A stretch of DNA of 64,000 bases from Bacteroidales bacterium (GTDB lineage: Bacteria; Bacteroidota; Bacteroidia; Bacteroidales; VadinHA17), in NCBI GenBank assembly GCA_025454795.1, contig JALONT010000007.1:550-64549 (forward strand). The letters run 5' to 3'. Shown here piece after piece: positions 29,795 through 42,760 of the stretch. Positions within the stretch are counted from its first letter, which is position 1, and every line of letters begins with the position of its first letter. The notes beneath the pieces are model-generated. The model was given only the letters and a program-made list of their open reading frames with translations. It was not told where the DNA came from and ran no database searches. The position numbers and the translations under genes were made by a program.

Positions 29795-31546
29795 ATGGAG
29801 AACTTCATTGTTTCAGCCCGAAAATATCGTCCTGCAACTTTCGACATGGTTGTCGGACAGGATACAATAACTAATACGCTGAAAAGTGCAATTAAGAACA
29901 AACATCTGGCACAGGCTTATCTGTTCTGCGGACCAAGAGGGGTGGGCAAAACAACATGTGCAAGAATATTTGCCAAGACTATCAACTGCATAAACATACA
30001 GGAAAATGGTGAAGCCTGTGATAAATGTGAATCATGTCTCTCATTTAATACTTTGCGCTCATTTAATATACATGAGCTTGATGCTGCATCCAACAACAAG
30101 GTTGAAGATATCAGAAGCCTGAATGACCAGGTACGCATACCTCCTCAGATCGGAAAATACAGCATATATATAATAGATGAGGTTCATATGCTATCCTCAT
30201 CAGCCTTCAATGCCTTCCTGAAGACACTGGAAGAACCACCCTCACATGCGATCTTTATCCTTGCAACGACGGAGAAGCATAAAATAATCCCGACAATCCT
30301 GTCACGCTGCCAGATATTTGACTTTAACAGGATTAAAGTAGAGGCTATAGTCGCCAGGCTGATGTATGTTGCAAAAAATGAGTCTGTTACTATTGAGGAA
30401 GAAGCGCTTCATACAATAGCGCATAAAGCTGATGGTGCCTTAAGAGATGCCCTCTCCATTTTTGACCAGATGGTAAGCCTTTGCGGAAAGAAGATTATAT
30501 ATAAGGATGTTATTGAAAATCTTAATGTCCTTGACTATGAATACTATTTCAGAAGTGTCGATGCGGCTCTCAAAGGAGATGTGTCAACTGTTCTGATGAC
30601 TTTCAATGAGATCCTCGAAAAGGGATTTGACGGACATAATTTTGTGGCCGGACTCAACAACCATTTTCGCGATCTCCTGGTAAGTAAAGATGAGTCAACA
30701 CTTCGTCTTCTTGAAGCAACCCCTGCAATAAGGCAAAGGTATTTTCAGCAGGCTATAAAATGCCCTGTCGATTTTCTGTACAGTGCTCTGGAAATAGGAA
30801 GTAATTGTGATGTCTCTTATAAAAGCAGCAAGAATCCGCGGCTTCATGCTGAACTTTCACTTTTACGCCTATGCAGAATTACTGCCGGATCAGTTGAGGA
30901 AACTGAAAAAAAAAAGGCTGACAATAAACCACTGAATAAAGCTGATAATGATCTTCCTCTTCCTTCAAAGTCAGAGATTGTGCGGAATGCTGAAGATCAG
31001 GAGAAAAGAGAACCTGCAAGGCAGGAAAATATTGCAGGGAAACATACGCCTGTTATTGAGAAGGAAACCAGGTCTTTTTCGATAAGGGAAATAATTTCAG
31101 GAACAGAAGAACCTGGTGGGAAAAATATTTCGTCAGCTCCTTCGCAGAACCTGGAAAAAACAGCCTCTCCAGTTTTAAAAGCTGAACTCACAGCTGACTC
31201 CTTTGCTTCGGCTTGGAAGGAATTCACTGAAAACCTTAAAGGGGAAGGGGCAAGAATTCTGTCCATGTTCAAGACCATCAGACCGGAGATGGAAGATGAA
31301 CATACAATAAAACTCCATTTAAGCAATGCTGCTCAGAAAGATATTTTTATCCAGAACTATAGACCCAAACTCTTGAATTTTCTGGAGAATAAATTTATAG
31401 TCTCTGAACTTGAGATTGAGACAACAATAGATATTTCAGAAACAAACGAATTGCTCTACAGCGATGAACAGAAATTAAATTATCTCCAGAACAAGTATCC
31501 TGTTCTGAAAGATTTTAAGAAAACATTTAATTTGGATATTACATAA
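29795..31546 (+). CDS. dnaX: DNA polymerase III subunit tau (gamma/tau)
   Basis: ARKYRP..F..VVGQ, GPRGVGKTT, the Zn module C..C..C, IIDEVHMLS and SRCQ.F.F. The ATG at 29795 (MENFIVSARKYRP) is preferred over the listed TTG at 29774. Confidence 0.9.
   Translation: MENFIVSARKYRPATFDMVVGQDTITNTLKSAIKNKHLAQAYLFCGPRGVGKTTCARIFAKTINCINIQENGEACDKCESCLSFNTLRSFNIHELDAASNNKVEDIRSLNDQVRIPPQIGKYSIYIIDEVHMLSSSAFNAFLKTLEEPPSHAIFILATTEKHKIIPTILSRCQIFDFNRIKVEAIVARLMYVAKNESVTIEEEALHTIAHKADGALRDALSIFDQMVSLCGKKIIYKDVIENLNVLDYEYYFRSVDAALKGDVSTVLMTFNEILEKGFDGHNFVAGLNNHFRDLLVSKDESTLRLLEATPAIRQRYFQQAIKCPVDFLYSALEIGSNCDVSYKSSKNPRLHAELSLLRLCRITAGSVEETEKKKADNKPLNKADNDLPLPSKSEIVRNAEDQEKREPARQENIAGKHTPVIEKETRSFSIREIISGTEEPGGKNISSAPSQNLEKTASPVLKAELTADSFASAWKEFTENLKGEGARILSMFKTIRPEMEDEHTIKLHLSNAAQKDIFIQNYRPKLLNFLENKFIVSELEIETTIDISETNELLYSDEQKLNYLQNKYPVLKDFKKTFNLDIT
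30906..30921 (+). other. Candidate -1 frameshift / slippage site in dnaX: A10 run containing A AAA AAG, then GGC TGA in the -1 frame
   Basis: Zero-frame codons are GAA AAA AAA AAG GCT GAC (30905-30922). The -1 frame after the heptamer reads GGC TGA (30916-30921). Confidence 0.5.
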
Positions 31547-31629
31547 TTTCCCGAATAGAGAAACTTCCGGTTATTGAACAAGCTGAATAAATAAATGTTA
31601 GTATATTTAAATCTTTAAATTAATTAAAT

Positions 31630-32142
31630 ATGTTAAGAAAAAAAGTAGAAGACATCTGCAACAGGCAGGTTGAAAGAGAAGGCTACTCTTCAAATCTATA
31701 TCTTGCTATGGCATCCTGGGCAGAGATTAACGGTTTTGCCGGAGTGGCTGAATGGCTGTATGTTCAGTCAGATGAGGAGAGACTCCACATGCTTAAATTC
31801 ATCAGGTATATAAATGAAAGAGGAGGTAAGGCTGTTATCCCGGCTTTCAAAAAGCCTCCGGTTGACTACAAAAGCGTGGAAGATCTCTTTAGAGAAGTAT
31901 TGAAGCATGAAGAATTTGTAACTGCCAGCATCAACGAGATTGTAGCAGTTACACTTGAAGAAAAAGATTTCAATACTCATAATTTTCTCCAGTGGTTTGT
32001 ATTTGAACAGGTTGAAGAGGAGGCTAGTGCCAGAGCTATTATTGACAAAATACAACTTGTTGGAAAAAACAATATGTATCAGTTCGACAGGGATATCATG
32101 AGTTTAAGAACCCCTGCTGCAAGTACTCCAGCTGCCGGATGA
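31630..32142 (+). CDS. Ferritin (non-heme)
   Basis: Ferritin-like di-iron residues are present (E..YSSNLYLAM.SW, SDEERLHMLKF, EQVEEE). Confidence 0.85.
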   Translation: MLRKKVEDICNRQVEREGYSSNLYLAMASWAEINGFAGVAEWLYVQSDEERLHMLKFIRYINERGGKAVIPAFKKPPVDYKSVEDLFREVLKHEEFVTASINEIVAVTLEEKDFNTHNFLQWFVFEQVEEEASARAIIDKIQLVGKNNMYQFDRDIMSLRTPAASTPAAG

Positions 32143-34592
32143 AAAAATATATATTAGCCTGTTCAACAATAATCATGATTCTTTCAGTTCTGCAGCTTGA
32201 TGCTCAGAATATGAAAAGCAATTCCTCTATTACCAGTGTATGCTATGCCGGTAATAAAGTGAACAGGATTTATATTCCGCCTCCTGCTAAATACTTTGAA
32301 AATAAAGATTCGAAAGGCGGAGCAACAATTAATATTATTTATACCGGGTTTACCAGCCTGAGAAAACCACCGGTGGAAAAAGCAGTAGGGATCCTTGCAT
32401 CATTGCTGCCTCCTGATGTTAACATTACTGTACTAGCTGACTGGACAACAATTACAACAGCCGGTGTCCTTGCCAATTCTACTTCTACTGGTTATTATTA
32501 CGGATCATACATCGATGCATTGAACCCTTCGGCAATCTATCCTGTTTCACTGGCTGAAAAAATTGCCGGAAAAAGCCTTAACGATGATGTAGAAGGCGAT
32601 ATTCAATTGAATATTAACAGATCCATAAACTGGTATCTCGGAACTGATGGGAAACCTACTTATCTAAAATACGACCTGGTTACTGTTGTCCTCCACGAAT
32701 TGATACATGGTCTCGGGTTTTTCGATAGTATGACCAGTGAAGGTATATACGGCTCCTATGGTATTGACTCCAGACCCCTCATTTATGATACATTTGTGGA
32801 AAACCTGGCAGGGCAGAAACTTACTGATACCCTGGTTTTTGACAATCCCTCAACCGCTCTGAAAACTGAGCTTACAGGAGGGCAGCTATATTTTAACGGC
32901 CCCCTGCTTCAAAATTATTCGCGGAAAAGAGCAAAACTATGGGCTCCTGCATATTATGATGCCGGATCAAGCATATCTCATCTCGACGATGATGATACAA
33001 CAAATACAGATAAACTTATGACACCTTATATTGACATACAGGAGGCAATTCATGATCCTGGTAAAATTACAATGTCAATTCTTGGTGATATTGGATGGAT
33101 CAATACAAGAATAATACATGTACCTCATGGCGATACAGAAGAGAACCTTACAGAATTACCTTTAAAAGCCGTTATAAAGTCCGATACAACATTTGTTAGC
33201 GACAGCGTGGGACTGGTCAGATCATTTGATGGATTTGTAACACGTGATACCGTTTTCCTGACACAAGCTGTCGCCGACACATTCATTACGACAGTTCAGA
33301 TTCCTGAGTATAACTCAAAATTTGAATATTATATATTTGTAAAAGATTGTTTTTCAAGAATATACAGATTGCCTTCTTTCACTGATACATTGAAATTCTC
33401 CGTTTATGTCGGGAAAGACACAGTCAAACCCGAGATATCGCATACCCCTATTGGATATTATTTTGAAAAGATTGATTCGGTAAGATTCTTTGCTAAAGTT
33501 TCTGATAATATCGGAGTAGATTCAGTATACGTTGAGTATATAGTAAATGAAAACGATCCATATTTTATTGGTCTTATACCTGATAGCACAGATGGGTACA
33601 GAAATGAGTTCAGTGCAAAGTCTTTATCACTTGATGGGGGAGATTCAATCAGATACAGAATAATTGCCAACGATAAAGCAAATGAAAGCAACCGGTCTTT
33701 TCTCCCGGCAACCGGATATTTCAAAGTGCCAATTGAAGACATAGAGCCTGTAGCTAAAAGCTATTCGACTGATTTCACAGATGCGTCTGAAGATTTCTTC
33801 AATTTAGGGTTTGAAATCCTGCAACCTGAAGGTTTCTCGGGGAAAGGGCTCCATACAAGACATCCCTACAAGAGTCCCGATAAAGATGGCGACAGCATAA
33901 TTTATACATCCCTCCTCAGAACACCTGTAAAATTTGATACAACAGGGATGGTAATCAGCTTTTTGGAGCTTGTACTTGTTGAACCGGGAGAGGAAAAAGC
34001 CCCGTTCGGTTCTCAGGATTTCTACGATTATGTTATTGTAGAGGGATCCGGAGATTTTGGTAATAGTTGGTTCCGGGTAGCCGATGGTTACGATTCCAGG
34101 TTTATACCATCCTGGCTGACAGCCTATAACAGCTCGATTGTGGAGAATAACTCAACTTACGTGGGAAAGGAATCGATGATGCTGAAAAACACGTTTAGTT
34201 TAGCGGAATCATCTGATATTTCTATTGGTGATACCCTGATGTTACGATTCCGTCTCTTTTCTGATCCTTATGCTCATGGCTGGGGATGGGTCATAGATGA
34301 TCTTCATATAGGGCCCCTCGTAGATGGTGTTGAAGATATCATTTATCCGCATCTTGTTATCTATCCAAATCCGGGTAATGGCCTGATAAATATCAGTAAT
34401 ATAAACGGTCCTGGTGGAAAACCTTTCAGATACAGCATTTTTAACGCTGCCGGTTATTGTTTAATGACAGGTTTTACAAGTGGAGCAGATTCAGACATTT
34501 TAAACATATCAGGGAATCCTTCCGGAATTTACTTCATTGTTCTTAATGGGAACAATGGAATCAGAGCAATTAAATACAGCCTGATTAAATAG
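32139..34592 (+). CDS. Secreted zinc metalloprotease-like protein with T9SS C-terminal sorting domain
   Basis: Signal peptide and the motif VVLHELIHGLGFFD (HExxHxxGxxD). The C-terminal ~80 aa (IYPNPGNGLINIS...GIYFIVLNGNNGIRAIKYSLIK) are a typical T9SS type A CTD. The start overlaps the ferritin stop (ATGA). Confidence 0.75.
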   Translation: MKKYILACSTIIMILSVLQLDAQNMKSNSSITSVCYAGNKVNRIYIPPPAKYFENKDSKGGATINIIYTGFTSLRKPPVEKAVGILASLLPPDVNITVLADWTTITTAGVLANSTSTGYYYGSYIDALNPSAIYPVSLAEKIAGKSLNDDVEGDIQLNINRSINWYLGTDGKPTYLKYDLVTVVLHELIHGLGFFDSMTSEGIYGSYGIDSRPLIYDTFVENLAGQKLTDTLVFDNPSTALKTELTGGQLYFNGPLLQNYSRKRAKLWAPAYYDAGSSISHLDDDDTTNTDKLMTPYIDIQEAIHDPGKITMSILGDIGWINTRIIHVPHGDTEENLTELPLKAVIKSDTTFVSDSVGLVRSFDGFVTRDTVFLTQAVADTFITTVQIPEYNSKFEYYIFVKDCFSRIYRLPSFTDTLKFSVYVGKDTVKPEISHTPIGYYFEKIDSVRFFAKVSDNIGVDSVYVEYIVNENDPYFIGLIPDSTDGYRNEFSAKSLSLDGGDSIRYRIIANDKANESNRSFLPATGYFKVPIEDIEPVAKSYSTDFTDASEDFFNLGFEILQPEGFSGKGLHTRHPYKSPDKDGDSIIYTSLLRTPVKFDTTGMVISFLELVLVEPGEEKAPFGSQDFYDYVIVEGSGDFGNSWFRVADGYDSRFIPSWLTAYNSSIVENNSTYVGKESMMLKNTFSLAESSDISIGDTLMLRFRLFSDPYAHGWGWVIDDLHIGPLVDGVEDIIYPHLVIYPNPGNGLINISNINGPGGKPFRYSIFNAAGYCLMTGFTSGADSDILNISGNPSGIYFIVLNGNNGIRAIKYSLIK

Positions 34593-34678
34593 GTAACGTG
34601 AATAGTTTCTGAACCACATCGCCGCTTAGCCCTTCCTTTTGAAAGAATTTATTACAATCCAATATTGGAAAAATAGAT

Positions 34679-34686
34679 TAATTTTG
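34679..34686 (+). promoter_or_regulatory. -7 box TAATTTTG for secA
   Basis: Exact TAnnTTTG (TAATTTTGCGC), 35 nt upstream of ATG 34721. Confidence 0.5.
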
Positions 34687-34720
34687 CGCATAATTTGAAA
34701 TTCCGAAAAAAAGATACACA

Positions 34721-37700
34721 ATGGGCTTAATAAATAACATGCTGGGTCTCTTTCTTGGTAATAAGTACGACAGGGACATGAAGGAGATAACCCCATATGT
34801 TGACAAGATCAAAATCGAATATGAGAAACTTAAGGATTTATCAAATGACCAGCTCAGGGATAAGACATCTGAAATCAAAAGTGTGATACATGACCATATC
34901 AGGGAAGATGAAAATGAGATCCTGTCACTTAAGGAAAAAGCTGAAGCTGAAGAGGATGTATATAAGAAAGAAGACCTGTACAATGAAATTGATAAAATAG
35001 AGAAAAGGATCGATGAAAAACTGGAGCATGTCCTTGATCTTTGTGTTCCCTTGAGTTTCGCTATTGTGAAAGAGACTGCAAGAAGGTTCAAGGAAAACAG
35101 TGTTCTGGAAGTAACTGCCAGGCAGTACGACAGGGACCTTGCTGCTATAAGGGAAAGTATTACGGTTAAAGGTGACACGGCATTCTGGAGTAACCGTTGG
35201 GTTGCCGGGGGAAATGAGATACTCTGGGATATGGTACATTACGATGTACAGCTTATAGGAGGTGTTGCTCTCCATAAAGGTAAGATTTCTGAAATGGGTA
35301 CTGGTGAAGGGAAGACCGTTGTTGCCACTCTTCCTGTTTTCCTGAATGCACTCGCCGGACGTGGAGTACATATCGTTACAGTTAACGATTACCTTTCAAA
35401 ACGCGACTCTGAGTGGATGGGCCCGATCTATGAATTCCATGGACTTACAGTTGATTGCATTGACAAGCATCAGCCAAACTCTGTCGACAGACGTAAAGCA
35501 TATAATGCAGATATTACCTTTGGTACAAACAATGAGTTCGGTTTCGATTACCTGAGAGATAACATGGCTATCAACCCCGAGGACCTTGTCCAGCGCAAAC
35601 ATCATTATGCCATTGTCGACGAGGTTGATTCTGTGCTTATTGATGATGCCCGTACACCGCTAATTATTTCAGGTCCCACAGCCAGAAGCGATACACAGCA
35701 GTTTGACGAACTTAAACCAAAAGTCGATAAACTTGTTAATGCTCAGAAAAAACTTGTAACCCAGATACTTGCGGATGCGAAACGACTGATAGGAGAACAA
35801 AAGAATGAAGAGGGAGGCCTTCTTTTACTCCGGGCATTCAAAGGACTTCCAAAGAATAACGCTCTTATTAAATTCCTTAGCGAAGAAGGAAATAAAACAC
35901 TCCTTCAGAAGACTGAAAATTTCTACATGCAGAACAACAGTAAAGAAATGCCTAAGGTCACTGAAGAACTGTATTTTGTAATTGATGAAAAAAATAATCA
36001 GATTGAGCTTACTGAAAAAGGTCTCGACCTCATCTCAACTTCGGTTGAGGATGCCAGCTTCTTTATACTTCCGGATGTGGGCTCAAAAATTGCCGATCTT
36101 GAGAAGTCTGGAATGAGCGACAGGGAGAAACTTGTTCTGAAAGATGAGCTTCTTCAGGATTATTCAGTTAAGTCAGAGAGGGTTCATACTATGACTCAGC
36201 TTCTCAAAGCCTGGACTCTTTTTGACAAGGATGTAGAATATGTTGTCATGGATAATAAGGTTAAGATAGTTGATGAGCAGACCGGACGTATCCTTGAAGG
36301 AAGAAGGTATTCTGACGGACTCCACCAGGCTATTGAAGCGAAGGAGAATGTAAAAGTGGAAGCAGCAACACAAACCTATGCAACCATAACCCTGCAGAAC
36401 TATTTCAGGATGTACCATAAACTTGCAGGTATGACCGGGACAGCTGAAACTGAGGCAGGAGAATTCTGGAATATCTATAAACTTGATATTGTTGTAATAC
36501 CCACAAACCGACCCGTCATAAGGAATGACAGGGAAGACCTTGTTTATAAGACAAAAAGAGAAAAATATAATGCTGTTATTGATGAGATCACCGAGATGAA
36601 CCGGGAAGGAAGACCCGTACTTGTTGGTACCACGTCCGTCGAGATATCCGAATTGCTAAGCAGGATGCTGAAGATGAAAGGCCTTAAGCATAATGTTCTG
36701 AATGCAAAACTTCATCAGAGGGAAGCAGAAATCATTGCTGAAGCAGGTAAGACCGGAACAATTACAATTGCCACCAACATGGCCGGTAGAGGTACCGATA
36801 TTAAGCTTACCGAGGAGGTCCGGAAGGCCGGTGGTCTTGCAATAATTGGCACTGAAAGACATGAATCACGCAGGGTCGACAGACAGCTTCGCGGAAGATC
36901 AGGCAGACAGGGAGATCCCGGGTCCTCACAGTTTTTTGTATCTCTTGAGGATGAACTGATGAGACTCTTCGGATCTGATAGAATTGCCGGGATAATGGAT
37001 AAGCTTGGACTGAAAGACGGTGAGATGATCCAGCATTCAATGATTACGAAATCGATCGAACGTGCTCAGAAGAAAGTCGAGGAAAATAACTTTGGAATCC
37101 GTAAAAGGCTTCTTGAATATGACGACGTCATGAATTCTCAAAGGGAAGTTATTTACAAGAAAAGAAGACATGCTCTCCTTGGAGAAAGATTAAGTGTTGA
37201 TGTTGCAAACTCAATGTATGATGTAACCTCAAGCTTGGTGGACTTTTACCATAGTGAAGGTGATTTTCAGGGTTTTGATCTCGATCTTATACGCTCATTT
37301 TCGATGGATTCACCGGTGGCTTCACAGGATTTTCTAAAGAATTCCATTGATGAGATTTCTGATAAAGTGTATGAAAAAGTTCTGGACACATATAAGCGCA
37401 AAGTAGAATCGATATCTCAACAGGCCTATCCGGTTTTGAAAGATGTTTATGAGAGGATGTCAGCTACTTACGAAAATGTAGTTGTCCCGATATCCGACGG
37501 GACAAGAGTTTTCCAGGTTGTGACAAATCTTAAGGCAACTGCAGAATCGGAGGGAAGAGAGCTTGCTAAATCATACGAAAAAACAGTTGTTCTGGCTACC
37601 ATCGACGATGCATGGAAGGAACACCTGCGTGAAATGGATGACCTTAGACAATCAGTTCAGAATGCCACATATGAACAAAAAGATCCTCTCCTTATTTATA

Positions 37701-38038
37701 AGTTCGAATCGTATGAACTGTTTAAAACAATGCTCAATAAGGTAAATAAAGATGTTGTAAGCACTCTGATGAAAGGTCATATTCCTACCCAGGATCCTGA
37801 ACAGGTCAAAGAAGCACAGCGTCGTCGTCAGGTTGAAAACCTCAGGACATCCAGAACTGATACGATACAATCAGGGAGTGCCATGGGAGCCGCTCAGGAC
37901 CGGAACAGGAAGGTTGAACCGGTAAGAGTCGACAGGAAGGTGGGACGAAATGACCCATGTCCGTGCGGCAGCGGGAAAAAATACAAGCAATGCCACGGTC
38001 TGCAGCGCGCACCGGGAGAAGAGGGTGCAAGACCCTGA
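34721..38038 (+). CDS. secA: Preprotein translocase ATPase SecA
   Basis: [45 protein letters not shown], and a C-terminal zinc motif [14 protein letters not shown]. Confidence 0.95.
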   Translation: MGLINNMLGLFLGNKYDRDMKEITPYVDKIKIEYEKLKDLSNDQLRDKTSEIKSVIHDHIREDENEILSLKEKAEAEEDVYKKEDLYNEIDKIEKRIDEKLEHVLDLCVPLSFAIVKETARRFKENSVLEVTARQYDRDLAAIRESITVKGDTAFWSNRWVAGGNEILWDMVHYDVQLIGGVALHKGKISEMGTGEGKTVVATLPVFLNALAGRGVHIVTVNDYLSKRDSEWMGPIYEFHGLTVDCIDKHQPNSVDRRKAYNADITFGTNNEFGFDYLRDNMAINPEDLVQRKHHYAIVDEVDSVLIDDARTPLIISGPTARSDTQQFDELKPKVDKLVNAQKKLVTQILADAKRLIGEQKNEEGGLLLLRAFKGLPKNNALIKFLSEEGNKTLLQKTENFYMQNNSKEMPKVTEELYFVIDEKNNQIELTEKGLDLISTSVEDASFFILPDVGSKIADLEKSGMSDREKLVLKDELLQDYSVKSERVHTMTQLLKAWTLFDKDVEYVVMDNKVKIVDEQTGRILEGRRYSDGLHQAIEAKENVKVEAATQTYATITLQNYFRMYHKLAGMTGTAETEAGEFWNIYKLDIVVIPTNRPVIRNDREDLVYKTKREKYNAVIDEITEMNREGRPVLVGTTSVEISELLSRMLKMKGLKHNVLNAKLHQREAEIIAEAGKTGTITIATNMAGRGTDIKLTEEVRKAGGLAIIGTERHESRRVDRQLRGRSGRQGDPGSSQFFVSLEDELMRLFGSDRIAGIMDKLGLKDGEMIQHSMITKSIERAQKKVEENNFGIRKRLLEYDDVMNSQREVIYKKRRHALLGERLSVDVANSMYDVTSSLVDFYHSEGDFQGFDLDLIRSFSMDSPVASQDFLKNSIDEISDKVYEKVLDTYKRKVESISQQAYPVLKDVYERMSATYENVVVPISDGTRVFQVVTNLKATAESEGRELAKSYEKTVVLATIDDAWKEHLREMDDLRQSVQNATYEQKDPLLIYKFESYELFKTMLNKVNKDVVSTLMKGHIPTQDPEQVKEAQRRRQVENLRTSRTDTIQSGSAMGAAQDRNRKVEPVRVDRKVGRNDPCPCGSGKKYKQCHGLQRAPGEEGARP

Positions 38039-38051
38039 TTTACGATCAGGT

Positions 38052-38930
38052 TTATTTGACCTCCTCCAGTACTTTTTGAATTCTCGAGAATATTGTCCGG
38101 TTGACCGGAACAAGCGGTAGTCTTAAATTATTCTGACATAGATTCATAATACTTAGGAAAGCTTTTATCCCTGCCGGATTCCCATCAGCAAAAAGTAACT
38201 CAATTGATTCAATAAAGCGGAACTGTATCTCACGCGCGGCTTTATAATTACTCTTCGTAGCCATGCTCACCAATTCGCTGCATTCTGCAGGAAATGCATT
38301 AGCAAGTACGGAAATGACACCGGAACCGCCAGCAGCTATTATCGGAAGGGTCAACATATCATCACCTGATATGACGAGAAAATTTTCTGGTTTTCCTTTG
38401 ATTATCCTCATGATCTGGGCCATGTCTCCCGAGGCTTCCTTTATAGCAACAATATTTTCGCATTCATGTGCAAGTTCAAGACATGTATCGGACGAAATGT
38501 TGCTGCAGGTTCTCCCCGGAACATTGTAAATGATAACCGGCAATGGACAACAGTCAGCAATTGCCTTGAAATGCTGAAAAAGACCTCTCTGACTTGGCTT
38601 ATTATAATAAGGTGCAACTGATAATATGCCGTCGACTCCTTCAAGATCTGTTTCTCTTATAAGGTTGATAACCTCCTGGGTGTTATTTCCCCCGATTCCG
38701 ATTACAAGAGGCACACGTTTATCAACAGCTTCAATTACATATGATATGATAGCCTGTTTTTCATCTTTGTTAATGGTTGATGCTTCACCGGTTGTGCCCA
38801 TTGAAACAATATAATTCACTCCTCCCTTTATAACATGGTTAACAACACGTCCAAGTGCTGAAAAATCTATGCTTGTGTCATTCTTAAATGGTGTGACAAT
38901 TGCCACACCTGTCCCTCTGAATATTTTCAT
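38052..38930 (-). CDS. dapA: 4-hydroxy-tetrahydrodipicolinate synthase
   Basis: GTGVAIVTPF, GTTGEAST, YNVPGRT and the active-site-like IVAIKEASG. Confidence 0.9.
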   Translation of the reverse strand: MKIFRGTGVAIVTPFKNDTSIDFSALGRVVNHVIKGGVNYIVSMGTTGEASTINKDEKQAIISYVIEAVDKRVPLVIGIGGNNTQEVINLIRETDLEGVDGILSVAPYYNKPSQRGLFQHFKAIADCCPLPVIIYNVPGRTCSNISSDTCLELAHECENIVAIKEASGDMAQIMRIIKGKPENFLVISGDDMLTLPIIAAGGSGVISVLANAFPAECSELVSMATKSNYKAAREIQFRFIESIELLFADGNPAGIKAFLSIMNLCQNNLRLPLVPVNRTIFSRIQKVLEEVK

Positions 38931-38936
38931 AAATTA

Positions 38937-39509
38937 TTATTTTTCAACCTGAATCGCTGAGGTTGCGTTAATCATTTCAAGATAGTGAATTACCTGCGTA
39001 AGATAATTTTCGACCTGCACCGGCTTTTTTATTTCCATCATTAAATCGAAATTGGAAGAATCTGATTCAGGGTCAAAAAGCCCGACCTTAAAACTGGCCG
39101 AGGATAATGAGGTAATATACCAAAGCGTAAAAAGTTTCCCGAAGTTGATATCAATCAGAATATCAAACCGTGTCTTAATGAAAACATCTGTTTCTGTCGA
39201 TACGGGAATATAAAACATATTTGTCTCCTTTTTCCTGATACAGGAAAGATACCTTAATGCAGTATATTGATCCGGAAGCTCCTTCCCGGGATAATATCCG
39301 ATTATCTTAACATCAATATTCCTGTCATGCATCTTCTGATAGAACCTTGACAGACTGCTAAAATCCTCAGTTTTTGCCGAATCCCATACAATTCCTATGG
39401 TCTTAACCAGGCTTATATTGGAATAAAATACCTTCCGTTTCACCCTTACGCTCTTTTTCGAAAGGATTGAATACCCGATTTTAAGTCTTGTATCTTCGAA
39501 TAATTCCAT
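38937..39509 (-). CDS. Hypothetical protein (190 aa), conserved-looking, upstream of dapA
   Basis: Clean ORF with a 6-nt gap to dapA. No motif was recognised. Confidence 0.5.
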   Translation of the reverse strand: MELFEDTRLKIGYSILSKKSVRVKRKVFYSNISLVKTIGIVWDSAKTEDFSSLSRFYQKMHDRNIDVKIIGYYPGKELPDQYTALRYLSCIRKKETNMFYIPVSTETDVFIKTRFDILIDINFGKLFTLWYITSLSSASFKVGLFDPESDSSNFDLMMEIKKPVQVENYLTQVIHYLEMINATSAIQVEK

Positions 39510-39555
39510 ATTGCAAACCTAATAGTTTTTTATTAAAGTCAGTGGATCAAAAATA

Positions 39556-41589
<2,034 letters not shown>

Positions 41590-41606
41590 TCATCTTTCAG
41601 GTACTG

Positions 41607-42743
41607 TTAGTTCCAGACCCCCTTAATTTCATATCCGCACTTGTTGCATTTCCCGGCTTCGAGATTATTTAATGTGATCCGGTAACCCTGCCTTGCAATT
41701 ACTGTTATGCCACATGACGGACACCTGGTATCAGAGGCTTCGTTACCCGGGACATTCCCGATGTAAACATATTTTAAACCTTCACTGTAAGCGACTTTTG
41801 CAGCATTTCTGAGTATCTCAACAGGTGTCGGAGGCAGTTGTTCAAGCTTATAAAGAGGGTGGAACCTGCTGAAATGGAGAGGTGTATCTTTAAAGCCGTT
41901 TTCACTGAGCCATTTACACATCGCGGCTATCTCATCAATATTATCCGACCATTTTGGAATAACAAGATTGGTTATCTCAAGCCATACACCTGAATTCAGA
42001 TAAATTTTCAGAGAATCAAGGACAGGTTGAAGCTTACCGCCGGTGAGCCTCAGGTATGTACTGTCATTGAATGATTTCAGATCAATATTTGCAGCATCAA
42101 TCACACTGCAAAGTTTTTTTAAAGGATCGGCATTAATGTATCCGTTTGATTTAACAATGTTCCTGATGCCGGTTCTCTTTGCCAGTACTGCTGTCTCATA
42201 GGTATACTCATAAAAGGTGACAGGTTCGGAATATGTATATGCAATAGAGCGGCAGCTGTTAGTAATAGCTTCATTTACCACTTTATCCGGCATCAGATCG
42301 TAATTCCTTGTCTTGTCGGGAGAAGTTTGTGATATTGCCCAGTTCTGACAGTTAAGACATACCATATTGCATCCGGCAGTTGCAATGGAATAGGCTCTGG
42401 ATCCTGGTAAAAAGTGATATAAAGGCTTCTTTTCGATAGGATCAATATTAACGGAACAGGGATTGCCAAAAGCCATAGTATAGAGCTTTGAATCCTTTAC
42501 CCTCCTATTATTGCATTTGCTTGTCTCTCCCTCCTTAAGAACACATTCGTTGGGACAAATCCTGCACATGATCCCCCTTGGTGTCTCTTCCTGGAACATT
42601 GCAACTCTTCTCAGAGTGGATTGCTCCCCGGGGACAATTCTATTGATAACCGCAGTTCCCGGAAGACTCGCAATTCCTGCTGAAATGGCCAGGCATTTCT
42701 TAATGAAGATTCTTTTGCTGTTATCAAAATCCATGTTTGTCAT
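41607..42743 (-). CDS. amrS: AmmeMemoRadiSam system radical SAM enzyme with Tat-like N-terminal signal
   Basis: GCNMVCLNCQNW (CxxxCxxC), an N-terminal Cys cluster CRICPNEC...C, and a C-terminal CPSC...CNKC. The N-terminus is SKRIFIKK followed by the hydrophobic stretch CLAISAGIASLPG. Confidence 0.85.
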   Translation of the reverse strand: MTNMDFDNSKRIFIKKCLAISAGIASLPGTAVINRIVPGEQSTLRRVAMFQEETPRGIMCRICPNECVLKEGETSKCNNRRVKDSKLYTMAFGNPCSVNIDPIEKKPLYHFLPGSRAYSIATAGCNMVCLNCQNWAISQTSPDKTRNYDLMPDKVVNEAITNSCRSIAYTYSEPVTFYEYTYETAVLAKRTGIRNIVKSNGYINADPLKKLCSVIDAANIDLKSFNDSTYLRLTGGKLQPVLDSLKIYLNSGVWLEITNLVIPKWSDNIDEIAAMCKWLSENGFKDTPLHFSRFHPLYKLEQLPPTPVEILRNAAKVAYSEGLKYVYIGNVPGNEASDTRCPSCGITVIARQGYRITLNNLEAGKCNKCGYEIKGVWN

Positions 42744-42760
42744 TCTGAATAAAATTAAAA

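Noticed and set aside
30917-30995. Stimulatory stem-loop downstream of the dnaX slippery site
   Set aside because: Only 4-5 bp complementarities were found (e.g. CTGAC...GTCAG, 45 nt apart). Nothing is comparable to the E. coli stimulator, so the frameshift claim rests on the heptamer, the A10 run and the stop positions alone.
34678-35178. 166-aa Ser/Leu-rich ORF antisense to the 5' end of secA
   Set aside because: It is the mirror image of the Lys/Glu-rich SecA N-terminal insertion. It has no start context and overlaps the secA promoter box.
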